Shown piece by piece: positions 31,212-42,055 of a DNA stretch of 64,000 nt. The DNA comes from Candidatus Kapaibacterium sp. (GTDB lineage: Bacteria; Bacteroidota; Ignavibacteria; Kapaibacteriales; UBA2268). Location: assembly GCA_032027125.1 (NCBI GenBank), contig JAVSMQ010000001.1:3241620-3305619 (forward strand), read 5' to 3'. A program made the position numbers and the translations under genes. Within the stretch, counting starts at the first letter, position 1. Each line of letters begins with the position of its first letter. Below the pieces are notes generated by a model that searched no databases, was not told the origin of the DNA, and worked only from the letters and a program-made list of their open reading frames with translations.

Positions 31212-32333
31212 TTACTTTATTTCTTCTACTTCATAATAAAAGTTGTTTTTTCGGGAATCAAGCATCATTGCAGGTGTATATGTTTTGCCAATCAGGCTGT
31301 ACGGAGGCATGTGGTCGTTCAGATTTGTATTAGTAGGTCCGCCGGTAACAGGTTCATAAATCTGACCGTGTTTTTTCATCCATATTGACCACATTCTGTC
31401 AACATTTGCATGGTGAAGGAAGAATACGGGGTCGTTAGGCGAAACATTAAATGTCATTGTTCCCATAACAATCATTGTATCAACTTTAAATGCGCCGCCA
31501 ACCCAAAGGTGAACCGCATTATGCATTGCCGAGCGGATACCGTCTGCATCTGTAGAATCCGTCCAGTCATCATCGGTAACATCCATTGTACCGTTATTGC
31601 AAGGTACTTCGTGAGAACTTCTGAAGCCCTCCAGATAATTTCTGAAACTTAACAGGTGGTTTACATTAATATTATACGGTGGATGGTCGTAGCGGTCAAT
31701 TGTCATCATTTCATTGATATGCTCTTTAGTAGGAAGCTGCACTTTAGGCGGATTTTTGCCAAGCGCCCGGACAATATAAGTCCACTGGAAAGGGTCATCA
31801 TCCAAATCATCAAATATGGTAAGTACCCAATTGCCCTTTCTGAAAGGACCGGTTTTGAGAGCATAATCATCATTCGGGTCGCCGTCACCGCCCATCATAT
31901 CATCGCTGAAAACTGCTGCTGTACTTGCATCATCAGTCCAATCCCAGTAGGGCAGGGCTATATTTTTTCCCGAAACCTGACTCAGTGCTTTTTCATATTC
32001 AAGTAAAAAAGCGCGGTGCCAGGGAAGAAATGCCGGACCCATGTGGGCAGGATATTCATTAAATTGATGCTGGGGATTCATATCATCGCAAACAAATGCT
32101 TCGCGGTGCCACCATACAAACTGGTCATACCAGCTTAAAGTATCGTTGTAAGGCGATGGTGTTTCCTTTAGCTTTAAAATAGCATTAACATAATCCAGTT
32201 TCTCGGCAGCGGTAAGATTTTTCACGTTCTTCCGCAATTTCATCACATTATCAGCCGTACTTGTTGAGTCGTTACAGGAAGCAGCAAACAATAGACTTGC
32301 AGTGATTAGCAAATACAGATATAATTTAGACAT
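31212..32333 (-). CDS. tyrosinase (type-3 copper polyphenol oxidase), lipoprotein
   Basis: CuA signature H-x8-H…FLPWHRAFLLEYE and CuB signature DPVFFLHHANVDRMW. N-terminal signal with LFAASC lipobox. Confidence 0.85.
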   Translation of the reverse strand: MSKLYLYLLITASLLFAASCNDSTSTADNVMKLRKNVKNLTAAEKLDYVNAILKLKETPSPYNDTLSWYDQFVWWHREAFVCDDMNPQHQFNEYPAHMGPAFLPWHRAFLLEYEKALSQVSGKNIALPYWDWTDDASTAAVFSDDMMGGDGDPNDDYALKTGPFRKGNWVLTIFDDLDDDPFQWTYIVRALGKNPPKVQLPTKEHINEMMTIDRYDHPPYNINVNHLLSFRNYLEGFRSSHEVPCNNGTMDVTDDDWTDSTDADGIRSAMHNAVHLWVGGAFKVDTMIVMGTMTFNVSPNDPVFFLHHANVDRMWSIWMKKHGQIYEPVTGGPTNTNLNDHMPPYSLIGKTYTPAMMLDSRKNNFYYEVEEIK

Positions 32334-32622
32334 TTAGATACTCCTAAAATAAATATTAGATAATAAAATATAATAATTTATATACTGCAAATATATAAAT
32401 TTTATTTGAATTGGATATATGATATTTATGAAATATTAGTATTTTAATCTAATTTTTTTTGTAAAATGAAGATTCATAGGACTAATTGTATGTTTAATTA
32501 TTCGATAATTAATTAAGTCACTACTTTATTGTTACCTTTCAAAAAATTCCATTTTGAAATTAAATTAAAATATTATATATTGCAAAAATTGAAGTGCGGA
32601 AAATTTTATTAACAGGTGAAAT

Positions 32623-35600
32623 ATGAAAAAGATTTTGACTTTAGTATTAATATTACTTTTATCTTATGTTTCTTCATATTCTCAGATATGTAATTGGGCT
32701 GAAAAATATGTCGGTGCTTGGTCTCAAATTTTCAATATGACTACTGACGATAGCAATAACGTTTATGTATGCGGTTTTTTTGGTGATTTAACTCTTGATT
32801 TTAATAATGGGGTATCACTGTCGAGTTCAGGTTATGATCAATCAGGCTATATAGCTAAGTATAATAATTTAGGTCTTTGCCAATGGGCGCAATTAATTCA
32901 TGGCGAAAATAGTGACTTAGCTTTAGGAATTGCAGTTGATAAAAGTGGTAATGTATATGTAACCGGATTTTATAATTCTCCAAAATTGAATTTCAATAAT
33001 GGAATATTTCTTTCGAAAAATGGTACAACTAATTCATTTATAGCGAAATACAACATTAACGGAATATGTCAGTGGGCTGAAAATATTAGTGGTCCAAATA
33101 GTAACGAAGCAATTGGTCTGGCTATTGACAGTGAAGCAAATATATATATAACAGGGTATTTTACATCATCAACACTTAACTTTAATAATGGAAAGTCACT
33201 AACGAAATTGACTGCTGGTGATTATGATATTTATATCACCAAATATAATAATTCCGGAATTTGCCAGTGGGCTGAACAAATTTCAGGCAGTAATGCCGAC
33301 GACAAATCATCTTGTGTTGCATTGGACAAAAATGGTAATATTTATATATCAGGTGATTTTAAATCAGCTTCACTTAATTTTAATAATAATATAACACTTA
33401 CAAAAGGTAATAATAAAGATGCATTCATTACAAAATATAACAATAACGGCGAGTGCCAGTGGGCAGAAAAAATATCCGGAGATGGTGATGATTTTGTTGT
33501 TAGATTAGTTTTAGACGCCGGCAATAATGTATTTGTAACCGGGCAGTACGGTTCAACTACTCTCAATTTCAATAATAATAAATCTATATCAAGAATTTAC
33601 AGCCTTGACGGATATGTGGCTAAATTCAATGAAAATGGATTATGTCAATGGGCTGAAAATATTTCAGGTTCAAAGGAAGATTATTCAAGAGGAATTTCTG
33701 TTGATAGGGGTGGAAATGTTTATGTAGTTGGCAGCACTAATTCAGCCGGGCTTACTTTCAATAATAATAAATTTCTTGAAAATGATGGAAGCATGGTTGC
33801 TTACTTTGTGAAATATGATAATTGGGGAACTTGTAAGTGGGTAGAAAAAATTTATAGTTTAACAACAAGACCTGTCTATGGCGGCGGAATTGCATTTGCA
33901 AAAAGCGGACTTATTTATATTGCAGGAGAATGTGCTGCTGTAAATATTATCTTTAATAATGATAAATCAATAATAAATAGTGAGCGTGCTTGTTATATAG
34001 CCCAATACTCACTTCTTCAGGAACCGGAAATTTTAACTTTAAAACCTGTTAAAATTACAGCCACAACAGCAATGTCAGGCGGAAGTCTGGTTAATGACGG
34101 AGGTAGTCCTGTATTGAAACGTGGTATTTGCTGGTCAAAATCAGAGAATCCGACAATAAATGACAGTGTAATTGTAAATGAAACTACCGGTAACTTGTTT
34201 TTTACAGATATGTCAGGATTGAGTCCGAATACTGAATATTTTGTTCGGGCATTCGCTACCAATAATAATGGTACGGGTTACGGAAATCTTGAAAAATTTA
34301 AAACTTTGATTGAATTACCTTCAATCACTACAAAAACTATTACGAATGTAAATTACAACTCGGCAAAAAGCGGGGGAGTTATTATAAGCGATGGTGGCGA
34401 TAGTATAACTGCCCGTGGTGTATGCTGGTCTAAAAACCAGAATCCGACAGTTGCAGACTCCAAAACAGTTGACTCAAGCGGTTCGGGCAGCTTTGTAAGC
34501 TTTATCACAGAATTGAGTGCTGCCACAATATATTATGTCCGTGCTTATGCTGTAAATAGTTTTGGAACCGCTTACGGCGATGAAAAGAGTTTTAAGACAA
34601 ACGGCGTAATATATGTAAACGATGATGCTAAAGGAAAAAATAACGGAACTAGTTGGACTGATGCATTCAATTTGCTGCAATCAGCATTGGACGGAGCTAA
34701 TTCAGGTGACCAGATTCTTGTGGCTGAAGGCACTTATTATCCGACAAAGAAAGCCGGAGGCATTAATGAAAGGAACAAAGCATTTCAATTAAAGAAAGGT
34801 GTTGGTGTTTATGGTGGTTATTCAGATATTGATAGCCCTATAAACGATAGAAACTGGAATATCAACTTAACAATTCTTAGCGGGGATATAGGTGTTTCAA
34901 AGGATAGTTCAGATAATTGTTACCATGTTTTTTATCATCCTAATGGTTCGATTTTGGATACAACTTCAATTTTGGACGGATTTATAATCAAATACGGCAA
35001 TGCTGATGGATTAGGTGAATACTCACGGGGCGGTGCAGTATTTAATTTCAAATCAAGTCCTAAATTTCAAAATATTAGATTTGAAATGAATTTTGCCGAA
35101 GATGGCGGCGGTGCAATTTACAACAATTTATGTCAACCGATGATTTTATATTCAACATTTATTGCCAATTATTCGAATTCAAAAAATGTAGGTGGTGGTG
35201 GCGTTCTGAATATTGAAAGTAAAACTATAATTTCAGAATGTATATTTGTAAATAATTTTTCAAAATCGAGAGGCGGCGGTGTGTTTAATTTTGAAAGTGA
35301 GGCTGAGATTTCAAATTCCGATTTTGTTCATAATGTATCCAATGACAGAGGTGGCGGACTTGTTAATGACTACCACTCAGATGCTATCATGACAAATTGT
35401 AAATTTATTGAAAATGAATCCGGTTTTGGCGGCGGTGTTTATAATCTTTTAAGCAGTCCGACATTTTTGAATTCTTTATTCCATTCAAATGTTGCAAATG
35501 GAATTTTATTTAATGATGAAATAAGTTACGGTGGTGGTGGACTGGCTAATGATTATAATGCAGATGCGGTTATAACTAATTGTACTTTTTCAAAAAATAT

Positions 35601-36567
35601 ATCAAAAGTAAGCGGTGGTGGAATATTAAGCTATCGCAGCAATACTAAGATAAATAATTCAATAGTTTGGGGAAATAATGCTGAAGTCAGTGGAAATGAA
35701 CTGACATTTTCAGGTGAAGGAACGTCAACTATAAATTATTCGTGCTTCAGCAATAGTTCAGATGATGTTTCAGGTTCAAATTTCAATCAAATTAACTGTA
35801 TATATTCAAATCCTGAATTTTCAGGTCAAAGTAATACTTATGAATATAGTTTAGTTTCAAATTCTTCATGTATTGACAAGGGTAATAACTCATATATTGT
35901 TTTAACAACAGACATCAGAGGTGAAGGATTTCCGAGAAAACTAAATCCAAATGACGGTTCGGAAGGAATTGTTGATATTGGTGCTTATGAATATAAATAT
36001 GGTTATGATAAACTTCAGGAAACTGAACTAACAACACCATTCTTAATATCCCCATCAATCGGACAGAATAATGTTGAAACATCATTTAAATTTTTATGGC
36101 ATAAAGTTGAAGATGCATCAGCTTACAATTTACAAATTTCCGAAGATTTAACATTTAAACAAATAAACAAAACTGCACTTGTGCCTGATACTAATAAATT
36201 AATTTCAGATTTGTCAAAAAATACAAGTTACTTTTGGAGAGTAAATTCAATAAATGAAACTGATACCAGCGATTGGTCAAGTGTTTGGAAATTTATAACA
36301 GAAGATGTCCAGATACATGTTCATAACGATTATTTTTCAAAATCTGATGAATTATCAGTAAACCCTAATCCGGCTTACGATATTCTAAACATTCAATATT
36401 CGGCATTTAATTTTCCCCAAGTCTTAAAAATATATGATTTAATTGGTAATGTTGTATTACAAAGTGAAATTTCAAACTCTTCAAGCTCGATTGATGTTTC
36501 CGGTCTATACCCTGGTGTATATTTTATTTATATTAACGATAGCAAGGGGATTTTTGTGAAGTATTAA
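32623..36567 (+). CDS. large T9SS-secreted protein: SBBP beta-propeller repeats + Fn3-like domains + right-handed beta-helix + T9SS CTD
   Basis: Nine repeats of the …CQWAE…G…D…A/GIA(V)D..GN(I/V)YVTG… SBBP type. Two Fn3-like segments follow (…GICWSK…NPT…). Then a parallel beta-helix (repeated GGG(A/V)xxN… turns). C-terminal …LKIYDLIGNVVLQSE…GLYPGVYFIYINDSKGIFVKY. Confidence 0.65.
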   Translation: MKKILTLVLILLLSYVSSYSQICNWAEKYVGAWSQIFNMTTDDSNNVYVCGFFGDLTLDFNNGVSLSSSGYDQSGYIAKYNNLGLCQWAQLIHGENSDLALGIAVDKSGNVYVTGFYNSPKLNFNNGIFLSKNGTTNSFIAKYNINGICQWAENISGPNSNEAIGLAIDSEANIYITGYFTSSTLNFNNGKSLTKLTAGDYDIYITKYNNSGICQWAEQISGSNADDKSSCVALDKNGNIYISGDFKSASLNFNNNITLTKGNNKDAFITKYNNNGECQWAEKISGDGDDFVVRLVLDAGNNVFVTGQYGSTTLNFNNNKSISRIYSLDGYVAKFNENGLCQWAENISGSKEDYSRGISVDRGGNVYVVGSTNSAGLTFNNNKFLENDGSMVAYFVKYDNWGTCKWVEKIYSLTTRPVYGGGIAFAKSGLIYIAGECAAVNIIFNNDKSIINSERACYIAQYSLLQEPEILTLKPVKITATTAMSGGSLVNDGGSPVLKRGICWSKSENPTINDSVIVNETTGNLFFTDMSGLSPNTEYFVRAFATNNNGTGYGNLEKFKTLIELPSITTKTITNVNYNSAKSGGVIISDGGDSITARGVCWSKNQNPTVADSKTVDSSGSGSFVSFITELSAATIYYVRAYAVNSFGTAYGDEKSFKTNGVIYVNDDAKGKNNGTSWTDAFNLLQSALDGANSGDQILVAEGTYYPTKKAGGINERNKAFQLKKGVGVYGGYSDIDSPINDRNWNINLTILSGDIGVSKDSSDNCYHVFYHPNGSILDTTSILDGFIIKYGNADGLGEYSRGGAVFNFKSSPKFQNIRFEMNFAEDGGGAIYNNLCQPMILYSTFIANYSNSKNVGGGGVLNIESKTIISECIFVNNFSKSRGGGVFNFESEAEISNSDFVHNVSNDRGGGLVNDYHSDAIMTNCKFIENESGFGGGVYNLLSSPTFLNSLFHSNVANGILFNDEISYGGGGLANDYNADAVITNCTFSKNISKVSGGGILSYRSNTKINNSIVWGNNAEVSGNELTFSGEGTSTINYSCFSNSSDDVSGSNFNQINCIYSNPEFSGQSNTYEYSLVSNSSCIDKGNNSYIVLTTDIRGEGFPRKLNPNDGSEGIVDIGAYEYKYGYDKLQETELTTPFLISPSIGQNNVETSFKFLWHKVEDASAYNLQISEDLTFKQINKTALVPDTNKLISDLSKNTSYFWRVNSINETDTSDWSSVWKFITEDVQIHVHNDYFSKSDELSVNPNPAYDILNIQYSAFNFPQVLKIYDLIGNVVLQSEISNSSSSIDVSGLYPGVYFIYINDSKGIFVKY

Positions 36568-36655
36568 GTAGTTTTTCAATGTCCGAATTTTTTGAACGGT
36601 TTATTAATTTATTCAATAGATTCGAGGATGCAGGCAATGTTTTAAAATGGTATTT

Positions 36656-37666
36656 CTACCACCACCATTCGCTTTTTGATTGTCTGGTCATTAGGTCTTT
36701 TATAGCATCTAATGGCTTGATATTTTCAAAAAGGATGCGGGAAACCTGCTCTGTAATAGGCATTTCAACATTGTATTTTTTCCCGAGTTCCATAGCAGCA
36801 CGTGTGGTAAAAACTCCTTCAGCGACCATTTTCATAGTAGCGTTTATTTCTTCCATTGTTTTGCCGGCACCAATCATTTCTCCAACACTTCGGTTACGGC
36901 TGTGACGGCTGCTACAGGTTACAAAAAGGTCACCTAAACCAGACAGACCCGAAAAAGTGATGGCTTTTGCCCCCATTGCAACACCGAGACGGGAAATTTC
37001 TGCCAAACCCCGTGTGATAAGTGCCGCTTTTGTATTGTCGCCGAGACCCAAGCCGTCAATTATACCTGCTGCAATTGCAATAACATTCTTAAGCGAACCG
37101 CCAAGTTCACAGCCCGTTACATCATCAGATGAATAAACACGAAAATATTCATTTGAGAAAACTTCCTGAACATCACGGGCAAATGACATATTCTCTGATG
37201 CGACAACTATTGTCGTAGGCGTTTTTCTTGATACTTCCTCGGCATGACTGGGACCTGTAAGAACAGCAAAATTTTTATAGTCAAGTCCGGCTGTTTTATG
37301 AAATATTTCGGATATTCGGTTTAAAGATGAAATCTCTATACCTTTTGAACCGTTTACAACATACTTCCCATTGACAGGTATATCATACTTAACTAGTGAT
37401 TCATGAATATATTGAGTGGGTATGGCATTAACAAGCCATTGGCAATTAACCAACTCACGGCTGTCGGAAGTAACTTTTATTTTATTATTAATATTAATTC
37501 CCGGCAGAAAATCAGGATTATTTCTTTCTCTGTTGATAACTTCAGCAAGTTCCGGGTCATGCGACCATAAAGTTACATTATAACCATTGTCATTTAGAAC
37601 AAGAGCCAGTGATGTTCCCCATCCACCGGCTCCTAATACACCAATATTCAGATTATCTTTAATCAA
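36656..37666 (-). CDS. gpsA: NAD(P)H-dependent glycerol-3-phosphate dehydrogenase
   Basis: N-terminal GAGGWGT Rossmann motif and full-length GpsA similarity. ATGA overlap with plsY. Confidence 0.9.
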   Translation of the reverse strand: MIKDNLNIGVLGAGGWGTSLALVLNDNGYNVTLWSHDPELAEVINRERNNPDFLPGININNKIKVTSDSRELVNCQWLVNAIPTQYIHESLVKYDIPVNGKYVVNGSKGIEISSLNRISEIFHKTAGLDYKNFAVLTGPSHAEEVSRKTPTTIVVASENMSFARDVQEVFSNEYFRVYSSDDVTGCELGGSLKNVIAIAAGIIDGLGLGDNTKAALITRGLAEISRLGVAMGAKAITFSGLSGLGDLFVTCSSRHSRNRSVGEMIGAGKTMEEINATMKMVAEGVFTTRAAMELGKKYNVEMPITEQVSRILFENIKPLDAIKDLMTRQSKSEWWW

Positions 37667-38388
37667 TTTTTATCCTTATCAGTAGGGATTTCCGCCGTTC
37701 GGGGTTTTCGTTTAAATAGCTGTAGTTTTGAAAACTTATTCTCATTACCGTTCAGTAGTCTTTTAATGTTGGCTCTGTGGGTGTAGAATACCAAAACCAT
37801 AAGTCCGACCGCAAAGTAAATAAGAATACCGTAACCCGGTATATCTGCACCAAAAATGTTGTATCGTACAATCATTGATGACGGTATCGAAAATGCTGCC
37901 ATAATCGAACCAAGTGAAATATATCCGGAAAATATAACTGTCAGGGCAAACAAAGAAGCTGCAATAAGTACATCATAAGGCGCCAGACCAATCAGCATAC
38001 CGGCAGCAGTATTTACACCCTTGCCGCCTTTGAATCCTGCAAAAACCGACCATATATGACCTACGACAGCAAATATTCCGGCAAGTATTTTCAGTAAAGT
38101 AATATGCTCAAACATTGTGACATTAGGAAAAATCAATCCTTCACCAATTAAACCAGCAACCAGAACAACTGCCAAATAACCCTTTAAAATATCGGCTATT
38201 TGTACAAAAAGTCCCCATTTCCACCCAAGAAGCCGGAAAGCATTTGTACTGCCCATATTACCACTGCCCTTGGTACGTATATCAAATCCAAAAAATCGTT
38301 TACTTATAATTATAGCGGTTGGGATGCTGCCTATCAAGTAGCTCAGGCATGCTATCAATATGATTTTTAAAACTACTTCCATTACCAA
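37663..38388 (-). CDS. plsY: glycerol-3-phosphate acyltransferase PlsY
   Basis: GSGNMGSTNAFR motif and multiple TM helices. Classic gpsA-plsY pairing. Confidence 0.85.
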   Translation of the reverse strand: MVMEVVLKIILIACLSYLIGSIPTAIIISKRFFGFDIRTKGSGNMGSTNAFRLLGWKWGLFVQIADILKGYLAVVLVAGLIGEGLIFPNVTMFEHITLLKILAGIFAVVGHIWSVFAGFKGGKGVNTAAGMLIGLAPYDVLIAASLFALTVIFSGYISLGSIMAAFSIPSSMIVRYNIFGADIPGYGILIYFAVGLMVLVFYTHRANIKRLLNGNENKFSKLQLFKRKPRTAEIPTDKDKN

Positions 38389-38488
38389 ATACCAAAAAAA
38401 ATGAAATCAAGAACCTAAATGCGCTCTTGATTATAAGAAAAATAACAATGAACAACAAATTATTAATATAGAGTGAATTTTCGTCAAA

Positions 38489-39262
38489 TTATTTTAAAAA
38501 ATTCTTGAAATGATACATTGAAATTCCTGCTGCAATTGCAACATTCAATGACTCTGCGGAACCGTCACCTTCGATTTTGTACATTCCTTTCAAAACGTCT
38601 TCTACCTCTTTGGAAATGCCTCTTGATTCGTTCCCAAAAACCAGACCAAAATTCTTTTTGACTTTAGCAGACTTTAGAGGATTATCGGATTGCAGTGCTG
38701 CACCCAATATATCAAATCCCTTGTAATTTTCCGTTAAATATGTTTCTAAATCAGGTGCTTCATGAATTGATGTCTTGAAAATTGCTCCCATAGTAGAACG
38801 TACGGTTTTAGGGTTGAAACAGTCTGCGCAGTCTCTTCCTAAAATTATCTGGTCGAATCCGAACCATGATGCAGTTCGTATTATCGTACCCACATTGCCG
38901 GGGTCTGAAACACCGTCCAATGCGATGAACGGTTTTGTATAATCAGGTTCCAGCGTTTGTGTAGTCACAACAGCTAAAATGCTCTGCGGAGTTTTTGTAT
39001 CAGTAAGCTGGTCAAAAAGATGCTTTTGTGCAGTATATACCGGCAACCCCTGCTCTGAATAAAACTCTGCAAGATTTAGAACCTCCGGTGATGGAGAATC
39101 TCGAATGACAATAAGCTCGGTAGTAAAGTCACTTTGGGATAACTCGGTTACTAATTTTTCTCCTTCAGCAATAAATAACCCGTTCTGGTCTCTAAAGGAT
39201 TTTTGAAGAAGGGATCTTATCAATTTCTTCAGTTTTTGAGTGACTTGCATTGTATATAACAT
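38489..39262 (-). CDS. TrmH/SpoU-family RNA 2'-O-methyltransferase
   Basis: SPOUT motifs: GLVFGNESRGIS and ESLNVAIAAGI. Confidence 0.8.
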   Translation of the reverse strand: MLYTMQVTQKLKKLIRSLLQKSFRDQNGLFIAEGEKLVTELSQSDFTTELIVIRDSPSPEVLNLAEFYSEQGLPVYTAQKHLFDQLTDTKTPQSILAVVTTQTLEPDYTKPFIALDGVSDPGNVGTIIRTASWFGFDQIILGRDCADCFNPKTVRSTMGAIFKTSIHEAPDLETYLTENYKGFDILGAALQSDNPLKSAKVKKNFGLVFGNESRGISKEVEDVLKGMYKIEGDGSAESLNVAIAAGISMYHFKNFLK

Positions 39263-39374
39263 TAATCAACTTTTTTTTATTTTTCAATATTTACCATTTT
39301 CAGAATATAAAAATACGATTTAATTTTAAAAAATAATATTTTTACATGATATTAATTTACAAATTCAATTAATT

Positions 39375-40673
39375 ATGTTAACATCTGAGATTTTAAAGAA
39401 GAAAAGAGACGGTTTTGAACTGTCAAAACATGATATAAAATATTTTATTGAAGGATTAGAAAATTCAAATGTTTCGGATATCCAGGCTGCTGCATTTCTA
39501 ATGGCTTGCTGCACGAGGGGTTTGTCGCAGAGTGAAGTTTCTTCCCTGACTTTTGAAATGCGTGATTCGGGAATGAAATTTGATTTTTCAAAAATAAAAA
39601 ATAAAAAAGTAGATAAACACTCAACCGGCGGAGTCGGGGATAAAATTTCTTTACTGATTACACCTCTTTGTATGGCTTTTGATGTTGCAGTACCGATGAT
39701 TTCCGGCAGGGGGCTTGGTCACACAGGCGGAACTGCTGACAAGCTTGAATCAATTACAGGGTTCAGAATCAGGCTCGAAACCGATGAATATTTAGAATTA
39801 CTTGAAAAAAACGGTGTTTTTATGGCTTGTCAGACTGAAGATATAGCTCCGGCTGACAAAAAGTTGTATCATATTCGTGATGTTACCGGTACTGTAGAAT
39901 CGGTTGGCTTGATAACCGCTTCAATATTAAGCAAAAAATTGGTTGAAGACCTTGATGCTCTGATTATTGATATGAAAGTTGGAAACGGTGCTTTTATGCT
40001 GGATATGGAGTCTGCCCTTGAATTGGCAGGAGCAATGGCAAGCGTTGCCGGTCAGGCAGGATTAAATATGAGAATCATTTTTACTTCAATGGAGCAGCCG
40101 CTGGGTAATAATATCGGAAATTGGCTGGAAATTGAAGAAACTATGTCAGCACTTAAAGGCGACTGTCCCGATGATATAAGAGAGATTACAGAAAAACTAA
40201 CCGCAGCGATGCTTTTGAGCACAAATATATTTGATAATGAAGAGCAGGCATTGATTGAAATTAGAAAAGTCTGGGATGCAGGTACTGGATATCAAAATTT
40301 CGTAAAAATGATTGAAGCACAAGGCGGTGACCTTGAAAAAAGCAGGGAGAGTTATGCTCAATATCCCACACATACAATTTATGCTGAATCTGACGGCTAT
40401 ATAGTGCAGATTGACTCGCTTTATACCGGTTTGGCTGGTATTATGCTCGGTGCCGGAAGACGTGATGTTGATGACAGCATTGATTATGGTGCAGGGATTA
40501 TTCTAAAGAAAAAAGTAGGTGACAAAGTTGTTAAGGACGAACCAATAGCAATACTTAAAGCAAAAGACAAATCTCTATTCAGTGCTGCTGCCGAGATTCT
40601 GCAAAATTGCTTTATCATTGGTGAAAAGAGAATTACTCCGCCTCAGCTCATTATTGAAGAGTGGGTAGTATGA
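39375..40673 (+). CDS. thymidine/pyrimidine-nucleoside phosphorylase
   Basis: Signature DKHSTGGVGDK and full-length similarity to the DeoA/Pdp family. Confidence 0.9.
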   Translation: MLTSEILKKKRDGFELSKHDIKYFIEGLENSNVSDIQAAAFLMACCTRGLSQSEVSSLTFEMRDSGMKFDFSKIKNKKVDKHSTGGVGDKISLLITPLCMAFDVAVPMISGRGLGHTGGTADKLESITGFRIRLETDEYLELLEKNGVFMACQTEDIAPADKKLYHIRDVTGTVESVGLITASILSKKLVEDLDALIIDMKVGNGAFMLDMESALELAGAMASVAGQAGLNMRIIFTSMEQPLGNNIGNWLEIEETMSALKGDCPDDIREITEKLTAAMLLSTNIFDNEEQALIEIRKVWDAGTGYQNFVKMIEAQGGDLEKSRESYAQYPTHTIYAESDGYIVQIDSLYTGLAGIMLGAGRRDVDDSIDYGAGIILKKKVGDKVVKDEPIAILKAKDKSLFSAAAEILQNCFIIGEKRITPPQLIIEEWVV

Positions 40674-42055
40674 CGCTTACATTTGCCGACATTCTGGTCA
40701 TTTGTGCTTATTTTGCTATTATTCTTTATGTAGGATTTGTAATTTCACAAAAAGATAAGAAGCAAAAACCATCAAACGAAGAATACCTGCTTGCCGGAAG
40801 GAAGCTTACAATGCCTCTTTTTGTAGCTTCGCTTGTAGCTACGTGGTACGGGAGTATTCTTGGGATAGGCGAATTTGTATATACATCGGGTTTTGTTGCC
40901 TGGGTTTGTTTTGGACTGCCGTATTATATTGCAGCAGGTTTGTTTGCATTTTTTCTTGCAGGAAAAATCAGAGAGTCGAATGTAACCTCCATTCCTGAAC
41001 AAATTAATTTGAAATACGGCAAGTTTGCAGGTATCGCTGCCTCATTGATAGTATTGGTTATCACAATTCCGGCGGCTTATATTCTGATGCTTGGGATAAT
41101 TATTCAGCTTTTCTCGGGATGGACTTTATGGGTATCAATAATAACCGGTGCAATTTTATCGCTTGTATATTTATTTAACGGCGGATTTAGAGCTGATGTC
41201 TATACTAATACAGCACAATTTATTTTGATGTATCTCGGATTTGGGATTCTGCTTATTTTTACAATCATTCATTTCGGTTCATTTGGTAATATGATGAGCC
41301 AATTACCGGTAAACCATAAGACTTTTACCGGCGGATACAACTGGCAGTTCCTGATTGCCTGGTTTATTATTGCATTCCAGACTTTTGTTGACCCGAGCTT
41401 TCATCAGAGGTGCTCAGCTGCAAAATCTCCTAAAACTGCAAGAAACGGTATATTCGTATCAATAATATTTTGGGCAATATTTGATTTTATGACTTTATCA
41501 ACAGGCTTATTTGCAAAAGCTTATTTGGAAATTGATAATCCTCTAATGTCGTTTCCACTCCTTGGCGAAGCCGTATTACCTGCTTTTTTCAAGGGTATAT
41601 TTATTGTTTCGCTGCTTGCTACTGTAATGTCAACATTGGACAGCTACGCATTTATCAGTGCAGCGACAATTGGTAATGATATATTATCGCATTTTAAACA
41701 ATTGAAACGATTTTCAGCCGAGAAGCTTACAAAAGCCGGATTGATTATAACAGGGGTTATCGGAGTAATTGTAGCAATTGCATTGCCATCGGCTGTTGAC
41801 ATAATATATAAAACTGCATCAATTGCAGTACCCGGTTTGATTTTCCCGCTGACTTTAAGTATGAATAATAAAGTATTTATCAGTCCGGTTAATACAATAG
41901 TAATTATGATTGGCTCAAGTACTCTGTCATTAATCTGGACTATTCTGAAAGGTATGGAATATCCGTTTTTTAAAGAAATTGAGCCTATGTTTCCGGGCAT
42001 AATTTTTGCTTTTATACTCACATTGATTTTTATAAGAAAGGTTAAGAAAATATGA
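40661..42055 (+). CDS. sodium:solute symporter family transporter
   Basis: About 13 TM helices. SSF-like N-terminal region (…YLLAGRKLTMPLFVASLVATW…). Confidence 0.65.
   Translation: MGSMTLTFADILVICAYFAIILYVGFVISQKDKKQKPSNEEYLLAGRKLTMPLFVASLVATWYGSILGIGEFVYTSGFVAWVCFGLPYYIAAGLFAFFLAGKIRESNVTSIPEQINLKYGKFAGIAASLIVLVITIPAAYILMLGIIIQLFSGWTLWVSIITGAILSLVYLFNGGFRADVYTNTAQFILMYLGFGILLIFTIIHFGSFGNMMSQLPVNHKTFTGGYNWQFLIAWFIIAFQTFVDPSFHQRCSAAKSPKTARNGIFVSIIFWAIFDFMTLSTGLFAKAYLEIDNPLMSFPLLGEAVLPAFFKGIFIVSLLATVMSTLDSYAFISAATIGNDILSHFKQLKRFSAEKLTKAGLIITGVIGVIVAIALPSAVDIIYKTASIAVPGLIFPLTLSMNNKVFISPVNTIVIMIGSSTLSLIWTILKGMEYPFFKEIEPMFPGIIFAFILTLIFIRKVKKI

Noticed and set aside
36579-36905. 108-aa ORF on + strand overlapping the 3' end of gpsA
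   Set aside because: It overlaps a high-confidence gpsA on the opposite strand and has no recognisable features. Likely spurious.
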